Source: an uncultured Muribaculaceae bacterium
Lineage (GTDB): Bacteria; Bacillota_I; Bacilli_A; RF39; UBA660
NCBI GenBank assembly: GCA_964417835.1
Contig: CAYQJD010000003.1
Coordinates: 1-57,901, forward strand
Direction: 5' to 3'
Length of the DNA: 57,901 bases
Made by a program: the position numbers and the translations under genes. The notes under the pieces are model-generated. The model had not been told where the DNA came from, searched no databases, and saw only the letters and a program-made list of their open reading frames with translations. Shown piece by piece: positions 1 to 10,548 of the stretch; the stretch's first letter is position 1, and every line of letters begins with the position of its first letter.

Positions 1-54
1 ACCCTAGACCCACTGATTAAGAGTCAGTTGCTCTACCAACTGAGCTAACAGCCC
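1..54 (-). tRNA. tRNA-Lys(CUU), 3' part cut by window edge
   Basis: Reverse complement reads GGGCTGTTAGCTCAGTTGGTAGAGCAACTGA-CTCTTAA-TCAGTGGGTCTAGGGT; D-arm and anticodon arm intact, anticodon CTT. Confidence 0.93.
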
Positions 55-122
55 AAAACAGATCACGTATTAAATTATAACATAAATTTTTAAAATATCT
101 AGTACTAAATAGAAGTTTTTTT

Positions 123-605
123 AAATTTGCGAATTTTTGTGAAATTTTTTTCTAAACGCAACCCCTTTTTCATAAAAGGTTGCATTTAACCAAGAAAATT
201 CAAATGGTTGCGTTTAACCTTCCAAACGTATATAATAACTTTTCCGATAGTGCTTATAGTATTTGAGAGGAGAATTGTAATGCATCTTACAAGAGATGAT
301 AGAATCACTATCGAAAATAACTTAAATGATAATATTCCATTAAAACAAATAGGTAGAAATATAAACAAACAAATCCGCAAATTTTTTCCAAAAGGGCAAT
401 CTGTTGATATTTATTCCAAAAAAGATGTTATAGAAAAAAATTTAATATTATTAAGAACACCTATCAAATCTCTTGATGGCAATACTCCAAGTGATGCTTT
501 TAAAGCTGTTTATGGAGAAGATTTATTTTATTAGTAACAAATAACTACAAAGAAACGGAAATAAGTTTGAAAAACGGAATTTAGTCTAAAAATTTGCGGA
601 TTTTT
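123..605 (+). mobile_element. Internally deleted IS30-family element (non-autonomous remnant)
   Basis: ORF 280-534 joins an IS30-type N-terminal HTH (HLTRDDRITIE) to an IS30-type C-terminus (KQIRKFFPKG...PIKSLDGNTPSDAF). Repeated GGTTGCRTTTAACC motifs at 178-219. Flanking 16-bp direct repeats AAATTTGCGRATTTTT at 123-138 and 590-605. Confidence 0.75.
280..534 (+). pseudogene. IS30 transposase lacking the DDE core (84 aa in-frame N/C fusion)
   Basis: RBS GAGGAG before ATG280; motifs as for the element above. Confidence 0.75.
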
Positions 606-625
606 TTAAAATTCAAGTTAAAATC

Positions 626-654
626 TTGATAAGAAAACTAAATTATTATATAAT
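626..654 (+). promoter_or_regulatory. sigmaA-type promoter of tig
   Basis: TTGATA-17 nt-TATAAT upstream of RBS AAGGAG. Confidence 0.6.
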
Positions 655-679
655 ACAAATTATCAAGAAGGAGAATTTT

Positions 680-1924
680 ATGAAGAATGTAAAAGAAATA
701 ACTATAAAAGTTGAAAAAGAAGAATGGACTTCAATTTTAAAAGAAGCTTTTAATAAAAACAAAAAAAATATAAAAATAGATGGATTTAGAAAAGGTTCTG
801 TAACTTGGGATATTTTTTTGAAAAAAATAGGAATTGATTCATTATATAAAGATGCCGTTGATATAGCAGTTACTAAATATTATGATAAAGCATTAAAAGA
901 TGCCAAAATAACTCCAGTAGTTGAACCAATTATAGATATAAAAGATATAAATGAAGAAAGTTTGGAGATATTATTTAAATTTATTGGCAAACCTGAAGTT
1001 AAATTAGGTGAATACAAGAATTTAGGTATAAAAAAAGAGAAAGCTAAAGTAACTAAAGAAGAAATAGAAAAAGAAATAGAAAATCTAAGAAACAGATTTG
1101 CGGAAATAGTTATTAAAGAAAATGGAGAATTAGCTAAAGGTAACACTGCAATTATAGATTTTAAAGGTGTGGTTGATGGTAAAGAATTGGAAGGCGGAAG
1201 TGGTAATAATTATCCATTAGAAATAGGATCAAATACATTTATTCCTGGTTTTGAAGAAGGACTTGTTGGAATGAAAGTGGGAGAGACTAGAACATTAAAT
1301 TTAAAATTTCCAGAAAATTATGTAGAAGATTTAAAAAATAAAGATGTAGAATTTACTGTAATTTTAAAAGAAATTAAAGAAAGAGTTTTACCAGAAATAA
1401 ATGAAGACTTTTATAAAGATTTAGGTTATGATGATATAAAAACTAAAGAAGAATTAGAAAATAAAGTTAAAGAACATCTATTAGAACATAAAAATCAAGA
1501 AATTGAGAATAAATATTTAGATGAAATATTAAAAAAAGCCTCAGATAATATGGAATTAGAAATAAATGAAGAAATTATACATGAAGAAATACATAGAATA
1601 ATAAATCAATATGGCGAAGAATTAAAAATGCAAGGCTTATCAATTCAACAATATTTAGAATTTACAAAAACTAAAATGGAAGATTTTGAAGAGCAAGTTA
1701 AACCTGAGGCAATTAATAGAATTAAAGAAAGATATTTATTAGAAGAAATAGTAGAAAAAGAAAATATAGAAGCAACTGATAAAGAAGTTGAAGAAGATAT
1801 CGAAAAATTATCATCTATGTATAATATGGGAAAAGAAGATTTAGTTAAAACTATAGGTGGTAAAGACATGATAAAATATGATGTTAAAATGCATAAAGCT
1901 CTTGAATTCTTAAAAAATAATTAA
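680..1924 (+). CDS. tig: Trigger factor
   Basis: GFRKG ribosome-binding motif; FKBP domain (LEIGSNTFIPGFEEGLVGMK); RBS AAGGAG before ATG680. Confidence 0.97.
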   Translation: MKNVKEITIKVEKEEWTSILKEAFNKNKKNIKIDGFRKGSVTWDIFLKKIGIDSLYKDAVDIAVTKYYDKALKDAKITPVVEPIIDIKDINEESLEILFKFIGKPEVKLGEYKNLGIKKEKAKVTKEEIEKEIENLRNRFAEIVIKENGELAKGNTAIIDFKGVVDGKELEGGSGNNYPLEIGSNTFIPGFEEGLVGMKVGETRTLNLKFPENYVEDLKNKDVEFTVILKEIKERVLPEINEDFYKDLGYDDIKTKEELENKVKEHLLEHKNQEIENKYLDEILKKASDNMELEINEEIIHEEIHRIINQYGEELKMQGLSIQQYLEFTKTKMEDFEEQVKPEAINRIKERYLLEEIVEKENIEATDKEVEEDIEKLSSMYNMGKEDLVKTIGGKDMIKYDVKMHKALEFLKNN

Positions 1925-2019
1925 AAAGGCAGTTTTTTGTCTTTTTTGTTTACATAAGAAAAATTTAGTTATTGATAAATTAATAAATAGAAAATATAAT
2001 ATAATTAAGGAGGATATTT

Positions 2020-2583
2020 ATGAGTGCAGGAATAATCATATTTATAGTTATAGTAGCTATTTTAGTATTATTAGTATTATGGTATTTTAAAACTTACAAT
2101 TCGTTAGTTTCTTTAAGAAATAGAAAAGATGATCAATTTTCTCAGGTTGATGTTCAATTAAAAAGAAGATCAGATTTAATTCCTAATTTAGTAGAAACTG
2201 TTAAAGGTTATGCTAAACATGAAAGTGAAACTTTAGAAAATGTTGTAAATGCCCGAAATACATATATAACAGCATCAAATAATGAGGAAAAAATAAAGGC
2301 CTCTGGTGAAATTACTCAAGCATTAAATAAATTATTTGCTTTAGCAGAAAGTTATCCTGATTTAAAAACTAATAGTAATTTTATGAGTTTACAAAATGAT
2401 CTTAAAGAAACTGAAGATAAAATTTCTATTGCTAGACAATTTTATAATGATACTGTATATACATATAATACTAAAGTAGAAAGTATTCCATCTAATATAG
2501 TTGCAAATATAGGTGGATTTAAAAAAGGAGAATTTTTTCAAATTAGTGAATCAGAAAAAGAAGCTCCAAAAGTTAAATTTTAA
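2020..2583 (+). CDS. lemA: LemA family protein
   Basis: N-terminal TM; VDVQLKRRSDLIPNLVETVKGYA and ESYPDLK motifs. Confidence 0.95.
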   Translation: MSAGIIIFIVIVAILVLLVLWYFKTYNSLVSLRNRKDDQFSQVDVQLKRRSDLIPNLVETVKGYAKHESETLENVVNARNTYITASNNEEKIKASGEITQALNKLFALAESYPDLKTNSNFMSLQNDLKETEDKISIARQFYNDTVYTYNTKVESIPSNIVANIGGFKKGEFFQISESEKEAPKVKF

Positions 2584-2616
2584 TTGGACTTTAAGTTCTT
2601 TTTTTTAGGAGAAAAT

Positions 2617-4479
2617 ATGAAGAAAAATTTATTTTTATTTTTTTACTTATTAGTTTTACTTATTCCTATTAAAGTTTTAGCGGTTAATAATGTAGATTAT
2701 GATATAACAGAATATAAAATTGATGCTGATATTAAAGAAAATGGTGATGTTAATGTATGTGAGTATATTAAACAAACAGGATCTTTTAATGGATATGTTA
2801 GAGAAATTTATTATAATTCTGGGGATATAAACTATAATCCAACAAGCATATCAAATATTAAAGTATATGATTTAAATATTGATTCTATGACTAAAGGAAT
2901 AGAGTTTACTTATGATAGTAATGCTTATAAAGGAGATACTTTAAAATACTTTTTTAAAGATACATATTATGGCCCAGAAATAACTATGTTTAATGCAAAT
3001 TTTAGTGGTTCAAAAGGCTATGTTTTATGTTATACGCTAGATAATGCTGTTTTAGTTCATAACGATGTGGCAGAGTTTTATTATAATTTTATACCAGATG
3101 GATTCGAGGACCTATTAGAAAATGTTACAGTGAAAGTTAATTTGCCTACTATAGATACAACTTTAAGAGTATGGGGTCATGGTCCATTATATGGTGAAGT
3201 TTCAAAACAAGATGATTCAAATAATTCCTATTTATATGCAAGTATTAATTATATAAATCCAGGAGAAGTTTTAAATATTAGAATGACATTTGACACATCT
3301 TTAATAAGCAAAAGTACTCGTTTTACATATAAAACTTCATTAGAAGATATATTAGAAGAAGAAACTGCATTGGCAAATGCAGCAAATGAAGAACGAGCAC
3401 AAGCAAAAAAACAAATTATATATTTAATTAGTTCTTTTGTTTTGTATATAATATTTATTGTAGTATTTATGATATATTGTTATATAAAATATGATAAAGA
3501 ATATAAAGTTAAATTTGATATGGAATATTACAGGGAGTTCCCAAATTCTTATGGACCAGAGACTTTAGAATATTTATTAAAAAAGAAAGTTACTACTCAG
3601 AGTTATTCAGCAAGTATACTAAATATGATATATAAAAAAAATATAATTATAGAGCAGATAAAAAATAAAAAGGGAAAAGAAGATTATAAATTGACTAAAA
3701 CAGATGAGTTTAAAGAACCATTAACTTCCGAAGAGAAAATTTTATTAGACTTTTTGATAAATAGGATTGGCGATGGTAAATCAGTATATTTAAGTAGCAT
3801 AAAGAAATTTGGAAATAAAGAGAGCACTGCAAGATCTTTCTTAAAAAATTTTGAAAAGTGGCAAAAAAACGTTATCGATGATGCAGAGCAATATGAATTT
3901 TTTGAAAAATTTTCTAAAGCAAAAGTAAATACAATATTGATTATAGGTCTAATTATATTTGTATTTGCAACATGTTGTTTAGGTGCATCAAATTTGGTCT
4001 GGGTGATGATTATTATCGCAATTATACCTTTTATTTATGTTTGTAATATTACCAAAAAGACAAAAAAAGGAATGTTAGAATATAAACAGTGGATGGCGTT
4101 TAAAAAGTTTTTATTAGATTTTGGAAAGTTTGATGAAAAAGAATTGCCTGAAATAATATTGTGGGAAAAGTACTTAGTTTATGCAACAGTATTTGGTATA
4201 GCTGATAAAGTAGAAAAGACAATGAAAATAAAAATAGAGGCAATGAATACCAACATAAATGATACAATATTTATTAATAGTATGATAAGGAATGATTTTG
4301 CTAGAACTATGAATTATGCTGTTTCAAAAGCTTTTACAAATTCGCACTCTTCAATTGCAGCTGCAAATGCCCGAAATGCTTCTTCATCAATGTCATCAGG
4401 TAGCGGTGGAGGCGGCGGATTCTCTGGTGGAGGCGGTTTTTCTGGTGGAGGCGGTGGCGGAGGAGGCCACGGCTTCTAA
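2617..4479 (+). CDS. DUF2207 family membrane protein
   Basis: Signal peptide; VWGHGPL; W.AFKKFL.DF; LWEKYLVYATVFG; Gly/Ser-rich tail; typical lemA neighbour. Confidence 0.88.
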   Translation: MKKNLFLFFYLLVLLIPIKVLAVNNVDYDITEYKIDADIKENGDVNVCEYIKQTGSFNGYVREIYYNSGDINYNPTSISNIKVYDLNIDSMTKGIEFTYDSNAYKGDTLKYFFKDTYYGPEITMFNANFSGSKGYVLCYTLDNAVLVHNDVAEFYYNFIPDGFEDLLENVTVKVNLPTIDTTLRVWGHGPLYGEVSKQDDSNNSYLYASINYINPGEVLNIRMTFDTSLISKSTRFTYKTSLEDILEEETALANAANEERAQAKKQIIYLISSFVLYIIFIVVFMIYCYIKYDKEYKVKFDMEYYREFPNSYGPETLEYLLKKKVTTQSYSASILNMIYKKNIIIEQIKNKKGKEDYKLTKTDEFKEPLTSEEKILLDFLINRIGDGKSVYLSSIKKFGNKESTARSFLKNFEKWQKNVIDDAEQYEFFEKFSKAKVNTILIIGLIIFVFATCCLGASNLVWVMIIIAIIPFIYVCNITKKTKKGMLEYKQWMAFKKFLLDFGKFDEKELPEIILWEKYLVYATVFGIADKVEKTMKIKIEAMNTNINDTIFINSMIRNDFARTMNYAVSKAFTNSHSSIAAANARNASSSMSSGSGGGGGFSGGGGFSGGGGGGGGHGF

Positions 4480-4634
4480 TCCTTATATAGTGATTTAAGA
4501 AATATCTTTAATTAGATATTTTTTTGTTGCAAAATTTAAATTTTTTGATAAAATAAGCTTAAATTTAAAAAAATTGCAGAAAAAAAAAGGAAATTTGATA
4601 CTTTCTACAATAATTTAAAATTGGAGGGTATAAT

Positions 4635-6365
4635 ATGGCCATTATATCTAATGATGAATTAAATAAAATTAGAAATAGTGTTAATATTGTTGATATAATC
4701 GGTAATTATATTAATCTTGAAAAAAAAGGAAAAAACTTTTTTGGCATTTGTCCTTTTCATAATGATCATACGCCAAGTATGAGTGTTAGTGAAGAAAAGC
4801 AAATATTTACTTGTTTTGTTTGTGGAGCAAGCGGAAATGTTTTTTCATTTGTAAAGGATTATGAAAATATTACTTTTGTAGAAGCAGTTAATAAAGTAGC
4901 ATCTTTTTCTGGAATATCTCTTTCTAAAACTGTCAACATAGTAAAAAAATATGATAAAGAGTATAAAGCTTATGATTTAGCAGTGAAATTTTATAAAAAT
5001 AATTTAAAAACAGAAAAAGGGAAAAAAGCATTAAAATATCTAGAAAATAGAAATATAACAGAAGAAATTATTAATGAGTTTGATATTGGAGTTTCTTATG
5101 ATGATAACAATTTAAGTAAATTATTATTAAGTAAAGATTTTGATGAAAATCTTATTGTAGATATAGGTTTATCAAATAAAAAAGAAGGAATATATGATAT
5201 TTTTAGAAATAGAATAATGTTTCCAATACATGATAGTAATGGTAATCCTGTAGGTTTTAGTGGTAGAGTTTATAATAATGAACCTGATAGTAAATATATA
5301 AATACAAAAGAAACTTATATCTTTAAAAAAGGTGAATTATTATTTAATTACCATAGAGCTAACTTAATAGCCAAAAAAGAAGGATTTTTAATACTTTGTG
5401 AAGGTCAAATGGATGCAATAAGAATATATTCAAATGGAATGAAAAATGTTTGTGCAACTATGGGGACGGCATTAACTAATTATCATATTAATTTAATAAA
5501 AAAATTGAATGTAAAAGTAATTTTAAATATGGATAGTGATAATGCAGGTGTAAAAGCAGCGTTACAAAATGGTGATCTTCTTAGAAAAAATAATATTGAA
5601 GTTAATATTTTAAGGTTAAATAATGCAAAAGATCCTGATGAATATATTTTAAAATATGGTATAGATTCATATAAAGATTCTATATCACATTCAGTAAGTT
5701 TATTTGATTTTAAGCTTAATTATTTAAAAATGAATAAAGATTTAAATAAGGCCGATGAGCTTTCAGATTATATTAATGATATAATTGCAGAATTAAATAA
5801 ATATGATGATGAATTATTAAAAAATATAACGATTAATAAAATAAGTGAAAAATATAATGTAGATAAGAATTTATTATTAAATAAATTAGTAAAAAAAGAA
5901 GTAATACAAGAAAAAAAAGAAATAATAGTAAAAAAAAGACAAAATCAAAATATTAGAGCAGTAGAAGAAATACTATATTATATGATGAATAGTGTTAGCT
6001 ATGCGAAAATTTTTACTAAACAGTTAAATTATATTCCTGAAAGTCATTATTTTGATATTGCAAAAGATATACAAGCTTATATAATACTTAATAATACAAT
6101 TAATATTGCAGATTTTATTAGTTATGAGACAAATAATGGTAAAGAGGAGCTTTTAAAAGAGATTATTAAGAATCATGATAATAATATTGAAATGAATGAA
6201 AAAGAGTTTATGAGTTATATTAATATTATTAAAAAATGGATTAATACTAATAAGATTAATAGTTTGAAAATAGAATTAAAAAATGAATATGATATAAATC
6301 GCAAAAAAGAATTAGCAGATTTAATAGCAAAAATTAAAAGAGAGAGTGAAAGTTATGGTAAATAA
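4635..6365 (+). CDS. dnaG: DNA primase
   Basis: CPFH..C..C zinc finger, [30 protein letters not shown]. Confidence 0.97.
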   Translation: MAIISNDELNKIRNSVNIVDIIGNYINLEKKGKNFFGICPFHNDHTPSMSVSEEKQIFTCFVCGASGNVFSFVKDYENITFVEAVNKVASFSGISLSKTVNIVKKYDKEYKAYDLAVKFYKNNLKTEKGKKALKYLENRNITEEIINEFDIGVSYDDNNLSKLLLSKDFDENLIVDIGLSNKKEGIYDIFRNRIMFPIHDSNGNPVGFSGRVYNNEPDSKYINTKETYIFKKGELLFNYHRANLIAKKEGFLILCEGQMDAIRIYSNGMKNVCATMGTALTNYHINLIKKLNVKVILNMDSDNAGVKAALQNGDLLRKNNIEVNILRLNNAKDPDEYILKYGIDSYKDSISHSVSLFDFKLNYLKMNKDLNKADELSDYINDIIAELNKYDDELLKNITINKISEKYNVDKNLLLNKLVKKEVIQEKKEIIVKKRQNQNIRAVEEILYYMMNSVSYAKIFTKQLNYIPESHYFDIAKDIQAYIILNNTINIADFISYETNNGKEELLKEIIKNHDNNIEMNEKEFMSYINIIKKWINTNKINSLKIELKNEYDINRKKELADLIAKIKRESESYGK

Positions 6366-7443
6366 AATTAAAACATTTGAAGAACGTGAAGAAGAACTTA
6401 TAAAAAAAGGAAAAGAAAAAGGATATATTACATATGAAACTTTAGCAGATTCGCTTAAAGGATTAGAAATAGACAGTGACACATTAGATGAATTATATAA
6501 TAAACTGGTTACTAATGGGATTGATGTTATTTCTAGTGAAGATGAAAATAGTGGTGGAAATAAGAGCAAAGATATTGAGATTCTTAGTGATGAAGATATT
6601 ACAAAAGATATAAATATAAATGATCCTGTTAGAATGTATTTAAAAGAAATTGGGAAAATTAGTCTTTTAAGTGCTGAAGAAGAAATGAATTTATCTATAC
6701 GAGTAGCAAATGGAGATGAAGAAGCAGCATCATTATTGGCAGAATCCAATTTGCGTTTAGTTGTATCTATAGCAAAAAGGTATGTTGGCAGAGGATTACT
6801 GTTTTTAGATTTAATTCAAGAAGGTAATATAGGGCTTATGAAAGCTGTTGAAAAATTTGACTATTATAAAGGTTACAAATTTTCAACATATGCAACGTGG
6901 TGGATTAGACAAGCTATTACTAGAGCACTAGCTGATCAAGCCAGGACAATCAGAGTCCCTGTACATATGGTTGAAACGATTAATAAAATGTCAAGAATTC
7001 AAAGACAAATGACACTGGAGTTAAATCGTGAACCAAGTGAAGAAGAGTTAGCAGAAAGAATGAACACTACTGTAGAAAAGGTTAGAGAAGTTTTAAAAAT
7101 TAGTCAAGATCCAGTTTCATTAGAAACACCAATTGGAGAAGAAGACGATTCACATTTAGGAGATTTTATTAAAGATGAAAGTAGTTTAAGCCCTGAAGAA
7201 TATGCAACAAATGAGATTTTAAAAGAGGAAATAAAATCTGTTTTGTCTACATTGCAACCAAGAGAACAACAAGTATTAGAGCTTAGATTCGGTCTAATTG
7301 ATGGTACTTGTTATACATTAGAAGAAGTAGGAAAGAAGTTTAATGTTACTAGAGAAAGAATAAGACAGATTGAAGCAAAGGCGTTAAGAAAGTTAAGACA
7401 TCCATCTCGTGCTAAAAAACTTAAAGATTTTATGAATGAATAA
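6355..7443 (+). CDS. rpoD: RNA polymerase primary sigma factor SigA
   Basis: [55 protein letters not shown]. Confidence 0.98.
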   Translation: MVNKIKTFEEREEELIKKGKEKGYITYETLADSLKGLEIDSDTLDELYNKLVTNGIDVISSEDENSGGNKSKDIEILSDEDITKDININDPVRMYLKEIGKISLLSAEEEMNLSIRVANGDEEAASLLAESNLRLVVSIAKRYVGRGLLFLDLIQEGNIGLMKAVEKFDYYKGYKFSTYATWWIRQAITRALADQARTIRVPVHMVETINKMSRIQRQMTLELNREPSEEELAERMNTTVEKVREVLKISQDPVSLETPIGEEDDSHLGDFIKDESSLSPEEYATNEILKEEIKSVLSTLQPREQQVLELRFGLIDGTCYTLEEVGKKFNVTRERIRQIEAKALRKLRHPSRAKKLKDFMNE

Positions 7444-8031
7444 ATGATAAGTAGAAGATTAAAAGCAATAGCAAACTATATAGAAAAAACAGATAAAGTT
7501 ATAGATGTTGGATGTGATCATGCTTTATTAGATATTTATTTAGTTCAAAATAAACATTTAAATAAAATTATAATAAGTGACTTAAGCTCTAATGCGTTAA
7601 ATCAAGGTATAGAAAATATTAAAAAATATAAATTAGAAAATAAAATTGAACCTCGATTAGGAAATGGATTGGAAACATTAGAACCTAATGATAATGTTGA
7701 TACAGTAATTATTTCCGGTATGGGGACACATACTATATTAGATATATTAAAAAATAAGAATCTTGCTAATATAAAAAAATTGGTGATACAATCAAATAAT
7801 GACTATCCTTTATTAAGAAAAAAAGTTACAGAATATGGATTTAAAATAACTAAAGAAGAAGCAATAATAGATAAAAATAAATTTTATATTATTATAGTAT
7901 TTGAAAAGGGGTATAAAACTATTTCTGATAATGAAATCAATTATGGTACAAAAGATATGATTAATAAAGAAACTTATTATAAATACTTATTAGAGAAAAA
8001 GAAACGAATAATTAATCAAAAATCCATGTGA
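7444..8031 (+). CDS. trmK: tRNA (adenine22-N1)-methyltransferase
   Basis: DVGCDHALL, RLGNGL, ISGMG motifs; follows rpoD. Confidence 0.9.
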   Translation: MISRRLKAIANYIEKTDKVIDVGCDHALLDIYLVQNKHLNKIIISDLSSNALNQGIENIKKYKLENKIEPRLGNGLETLEPNDNVDTVIISGMGTHTILDILKNKNLANIKKLVIQSNNDYPLLRKKVTEYGFKITKEEAIIDKNKFYIIIVFEKGYKTISDNEINYGTKDMINKETYYKYLLEKKKRIINQKSM

Positions 8032-8268
8032 AAATATGATTAAAAAAACTGGGCGATTTATAGATATATTTTGAATTATTAAAAAGAAAACAAAAAATAA
8101 TTTTTAATACGAAATTATTTTTTTATTTATGATATATGCTACTAATCAATTATATATAAGTAAAATTTAAAAAATATGCGATTGTATTATAAAAAATTCA
8201 AATTTTTTGCCCTGTCTTTTTATTGCGAAACTAATTTTTATGTATTATAATTTAAAATAGGTGATAAT

Positions 8269-8946
8269 ATGGTTATACCCCTAGAACTTAGAATAGTTAT
8301 GAATGAAGCAAAAAATAATATAAAAAATAAAGAAAATATAATTCAATATATAAAAAATACAGATAATAAAGAGCTGTTAGAATATTATTTAAATGAAATA
8401 TTAAAAGTTTCAGAATTGGATTTTAATATTATAAAAGAAATTTTAGAAGTTTTAAAAGAAAGAATTATTGAACTTTCAAAAAAAGAAAATACTTTGAATA
8501 TTGTAAGAAATATTATTAATGCTATAAAAAGTGATGATGTTGTTCCAGATTCAGAAATAAACTTTTTAACACTTTTTTTAAATAATTGTGTATCCAGAGA
8601 AGAAAATGGAATTATAAATGAGGGTGATGTACAAAAAGAATTCAATTCTTTTTATAATTATGTTAAAACTACTGGAAATTATATTAATGATTCTATAAAA
8701 AACATTATCTTAAGAAAAGAAGCAAGTATAAATCGGGTTTATATAGATAATGATTCTGGCCATTCAAATGAACAAGTTAGAGCATTATCTTTGAAAAATA
8801 ATGTACAAAATGGACATAAATTAACTGAAGAAGAAAGCGGGTTATCATTTAGAGATAAGGCAGCATTTATTTCTACTACTATAGTTTTGGAAGGATCTAT
8901 AGTTTTAGCGTTGATTCTTTCTTTAATATCACTTGTAAAATCCTGA
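8269..8946 (+). CDS. Hypothetical protein with single C-terminal TM anchor
   Basis: RBS AGGTGA; hydrophobic tail AAFISTTIVLEGSIVLALILSLISLV; no N-terminal signal. Confidence 0.7.
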   Translation: MVIPLELRIVMNEAKNNIKNKENIIQYIKNTDNKELLEYYLNEILKVSELDFNIIKEILEVLKERIIELSKKENTLNIVRNIINAIKSDDVVPDSEINFLTLFLNNCVSREENGIINEGDVQKEFNSFYNYVKTTGNYINDSIKNIILRKEASINRVYIDNDSGHSNEQVRALSLKNNVQNGHKLTEEESGLSFRDKAAFISTTIVLEGSIVLALILSLISLVKS

Positions 8947-8981
8947 AAAAATAATTATAATAGAACATATAAGGAGAGTTT

Positions 8982-9521
8982 ATGGAAATAATTGATAATG
9001 CAGAACTTAAAATGATATCTACAATAGAAAATTTAGAAAACAGATTATTAAATATTAGAGCTGGTAGAGCAAATCCTTCGATGCTAAATGGTATAATGAC
9101 TGAGTGTTATGGAGTTAGTTCTCCTATAAATTCTTTAGCAAACATTACTGTAAGAGAAGGCAAACAATTATTTATAAAACCTTTCGATAGAGGCAATTTA
9201 AAAGCAATAGAAAAATCTATTAATGAAGCAAATTTAGGTATAAATCCAACTAATAATGGAGAAAGTATTATATTAACAATACCAGATTTAACTGAAGAAA
9301 CTAGAAAAAGTTATGTTAAACAAGCTAAATCTATAGCAGAAGATGCAAAAATAGCGTTGAGAAATATTAGGCAAGAAGCTAATGGTCAAATAAAAAACGA
9401 AGAATTTACAGAGGATGAAGAAAAGAATTATTTAAAAGATATTCAAGATCTTATAAATAAATATAATAAAGAAATAGATGAAATTGCTTCTAATAAAGAG
9501 AAGGAACTTATGTCATTTTAG
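8982..9521 (+). CDS. frr: Ribosome recycling factor
   Basis: IRAGRANP, NLGINPTNNG, IPDLTEETRK, KEKELM. Confidence 0.96.
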   Translation: MEIIDNAELKMISTIENLENRLLNIRAGRANPSMLNGIMTECYGVSSPINSLANITVREGKQLFIKPFDRGNLKAIEKSINEANLGINPTNNGESIILTIPDLTEETRKSYVKQAKSIAEDAKIALRNIRQEANGQIKNEEFTEDEEKNYLKDIQDLINKYNKEIDEIASNKEKELMSF

Positions 9522-9611
9522 TTCTTTTTTTATATATTATAATTATTAGATTAATTTTTTTTGATTACATAATATTTTCATGATACAATATTAATGTTTA
9601 GGAGTGTTTTT

Positions 9612-9860
9612 ATGGATAATACAACATTATTTAATATAAATGAAATAGAAAATGCATTAGTAAAAAAAACTTTGAAGGAAGTATATAGAAGTTTAGAATT
9701 AAGAGGATATAATCCAACAAGTCAGATGGTGGGATACTTAGTAACTGGAGATCCTGGATATATAACTAGTTTTGAAGATGCTAGAAATAAAATGACAAAT
9801 TTAGAAAGAGAAAAAGTATTAGAAATTATTTTAAAGGATTATATAGATAATATAATATGA
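9612..9860 (+). CDS. ireB: IreB/UPF0297 regulatory phosphoprotein
   Basis: GYNPTSQMVGYLVTGDPGYIT motif; conserved position before ruvX. Confidence 0.92.
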   Translation: MDNTTLFNINEIENALVKKTLKEVYRSLELRGYNPTSQMVGYLVTGDPGYITSFEDARNKMTNLEREKVLEIILKDYIDNII

Positions 9861-10273
9861 AATATTTAGGGTTAGATTTAGGAACTAAAACTTTAGGTCT
9901 TGCTATGACTGATAAATTAGGTATAATATCAAGTCCATACAAAGTTTTAAGATATGATAATATAAATGATTTGATAACAGAATTATTAAATATAATTGAA
10001 AAAGAAAATATTGATGAATTGGTTTTAGGACTTCCTAAAAATATGAATAATAGTTTAGGCTTTGCTGCAGATAGAAGCTTAAATTTTAAAAAAGAATTAG
10101 AACTGCGATCTAATAAACCAATTCATTTAGTTGATGAAAGACTTAGCACTAAAGAAGCAGAAGATTTTTTAATAAAAAATAATACTAGTAGAGAAAAAAG
10201 AAAAAAAATAATTGATTCATATGCTGCAAGTATTATATTGGAAACATTTCTTAATAGTAAAGGAGAAATCTAA
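9857..10273 (+). CDS. ruvX: RuvX/YqgF nuclease
   Basis: LGLDLGTKTLG, GLPKNMN, DERLST, ID..AA..IL. Confidence 0.94.
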   Translation: MKYLGLDLGTKTLGLAMTDKLGIISSPYKVLRYDNINDLITELLNIIEKENIDELVLGLPKNMNNSLGFAADRSLNFKKELELRSNKPIHLVDERLSTKEAEDFLIKNNTSREKRKKIIDSYAASIILETFLNSKGEI

Positions 10274-10548
10274 TGGTAGAAAAAAGTGGGAAAATAATTG
10301 TAAAAGACGAAGATGGTAAAGAAACTGAATGTGACGTGTTATTTACATTTGATAGTGAAGAAACTAAAAAAAGTTATGTCGTTTATACTGACAATACTAA
10401 AGATGAATTGGGTAATATTAGAGTTTTTGCAAATACATATGATAAAGATAAAGAAGATGGAGAATTAGGGCCAATTGAAACTGATAAAGAATGGGCAGTA
10501 ATAGAGCAAATATTTGCAAGTATTAATGATTCAAGGAGAGAAAATTAA
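10273..10548 (+). CDS. DUF1292 family protein
   Basis: Acidic 91-aa protein; LFTFDSEET.KSYVVY and PIETDKEW; conserved synteny. Confidence 0.88.
   Translation: MVEKSGKIIVKDEDGKETECDVLFTFDSEETKKSYVVYTDNTKDELGNIRVFANTYDKDKEDGELGPIETDKEWAVIEQIFASINDSRREN

Noticed and set aside
4395-4476. GC-rich GGN repeats in an AT-rich background
   Set aside because: Encodes the ordinary Gly-rich C-terminal tail of DUF2207 proteins; not a separate element
8010-8090. Possible frameshift truncating the TrmK C-terminus in A-runs
   Set aside because: Alternative frames add only a short unconserved tail and the catalytic domain is complete; cannot be supported without reads
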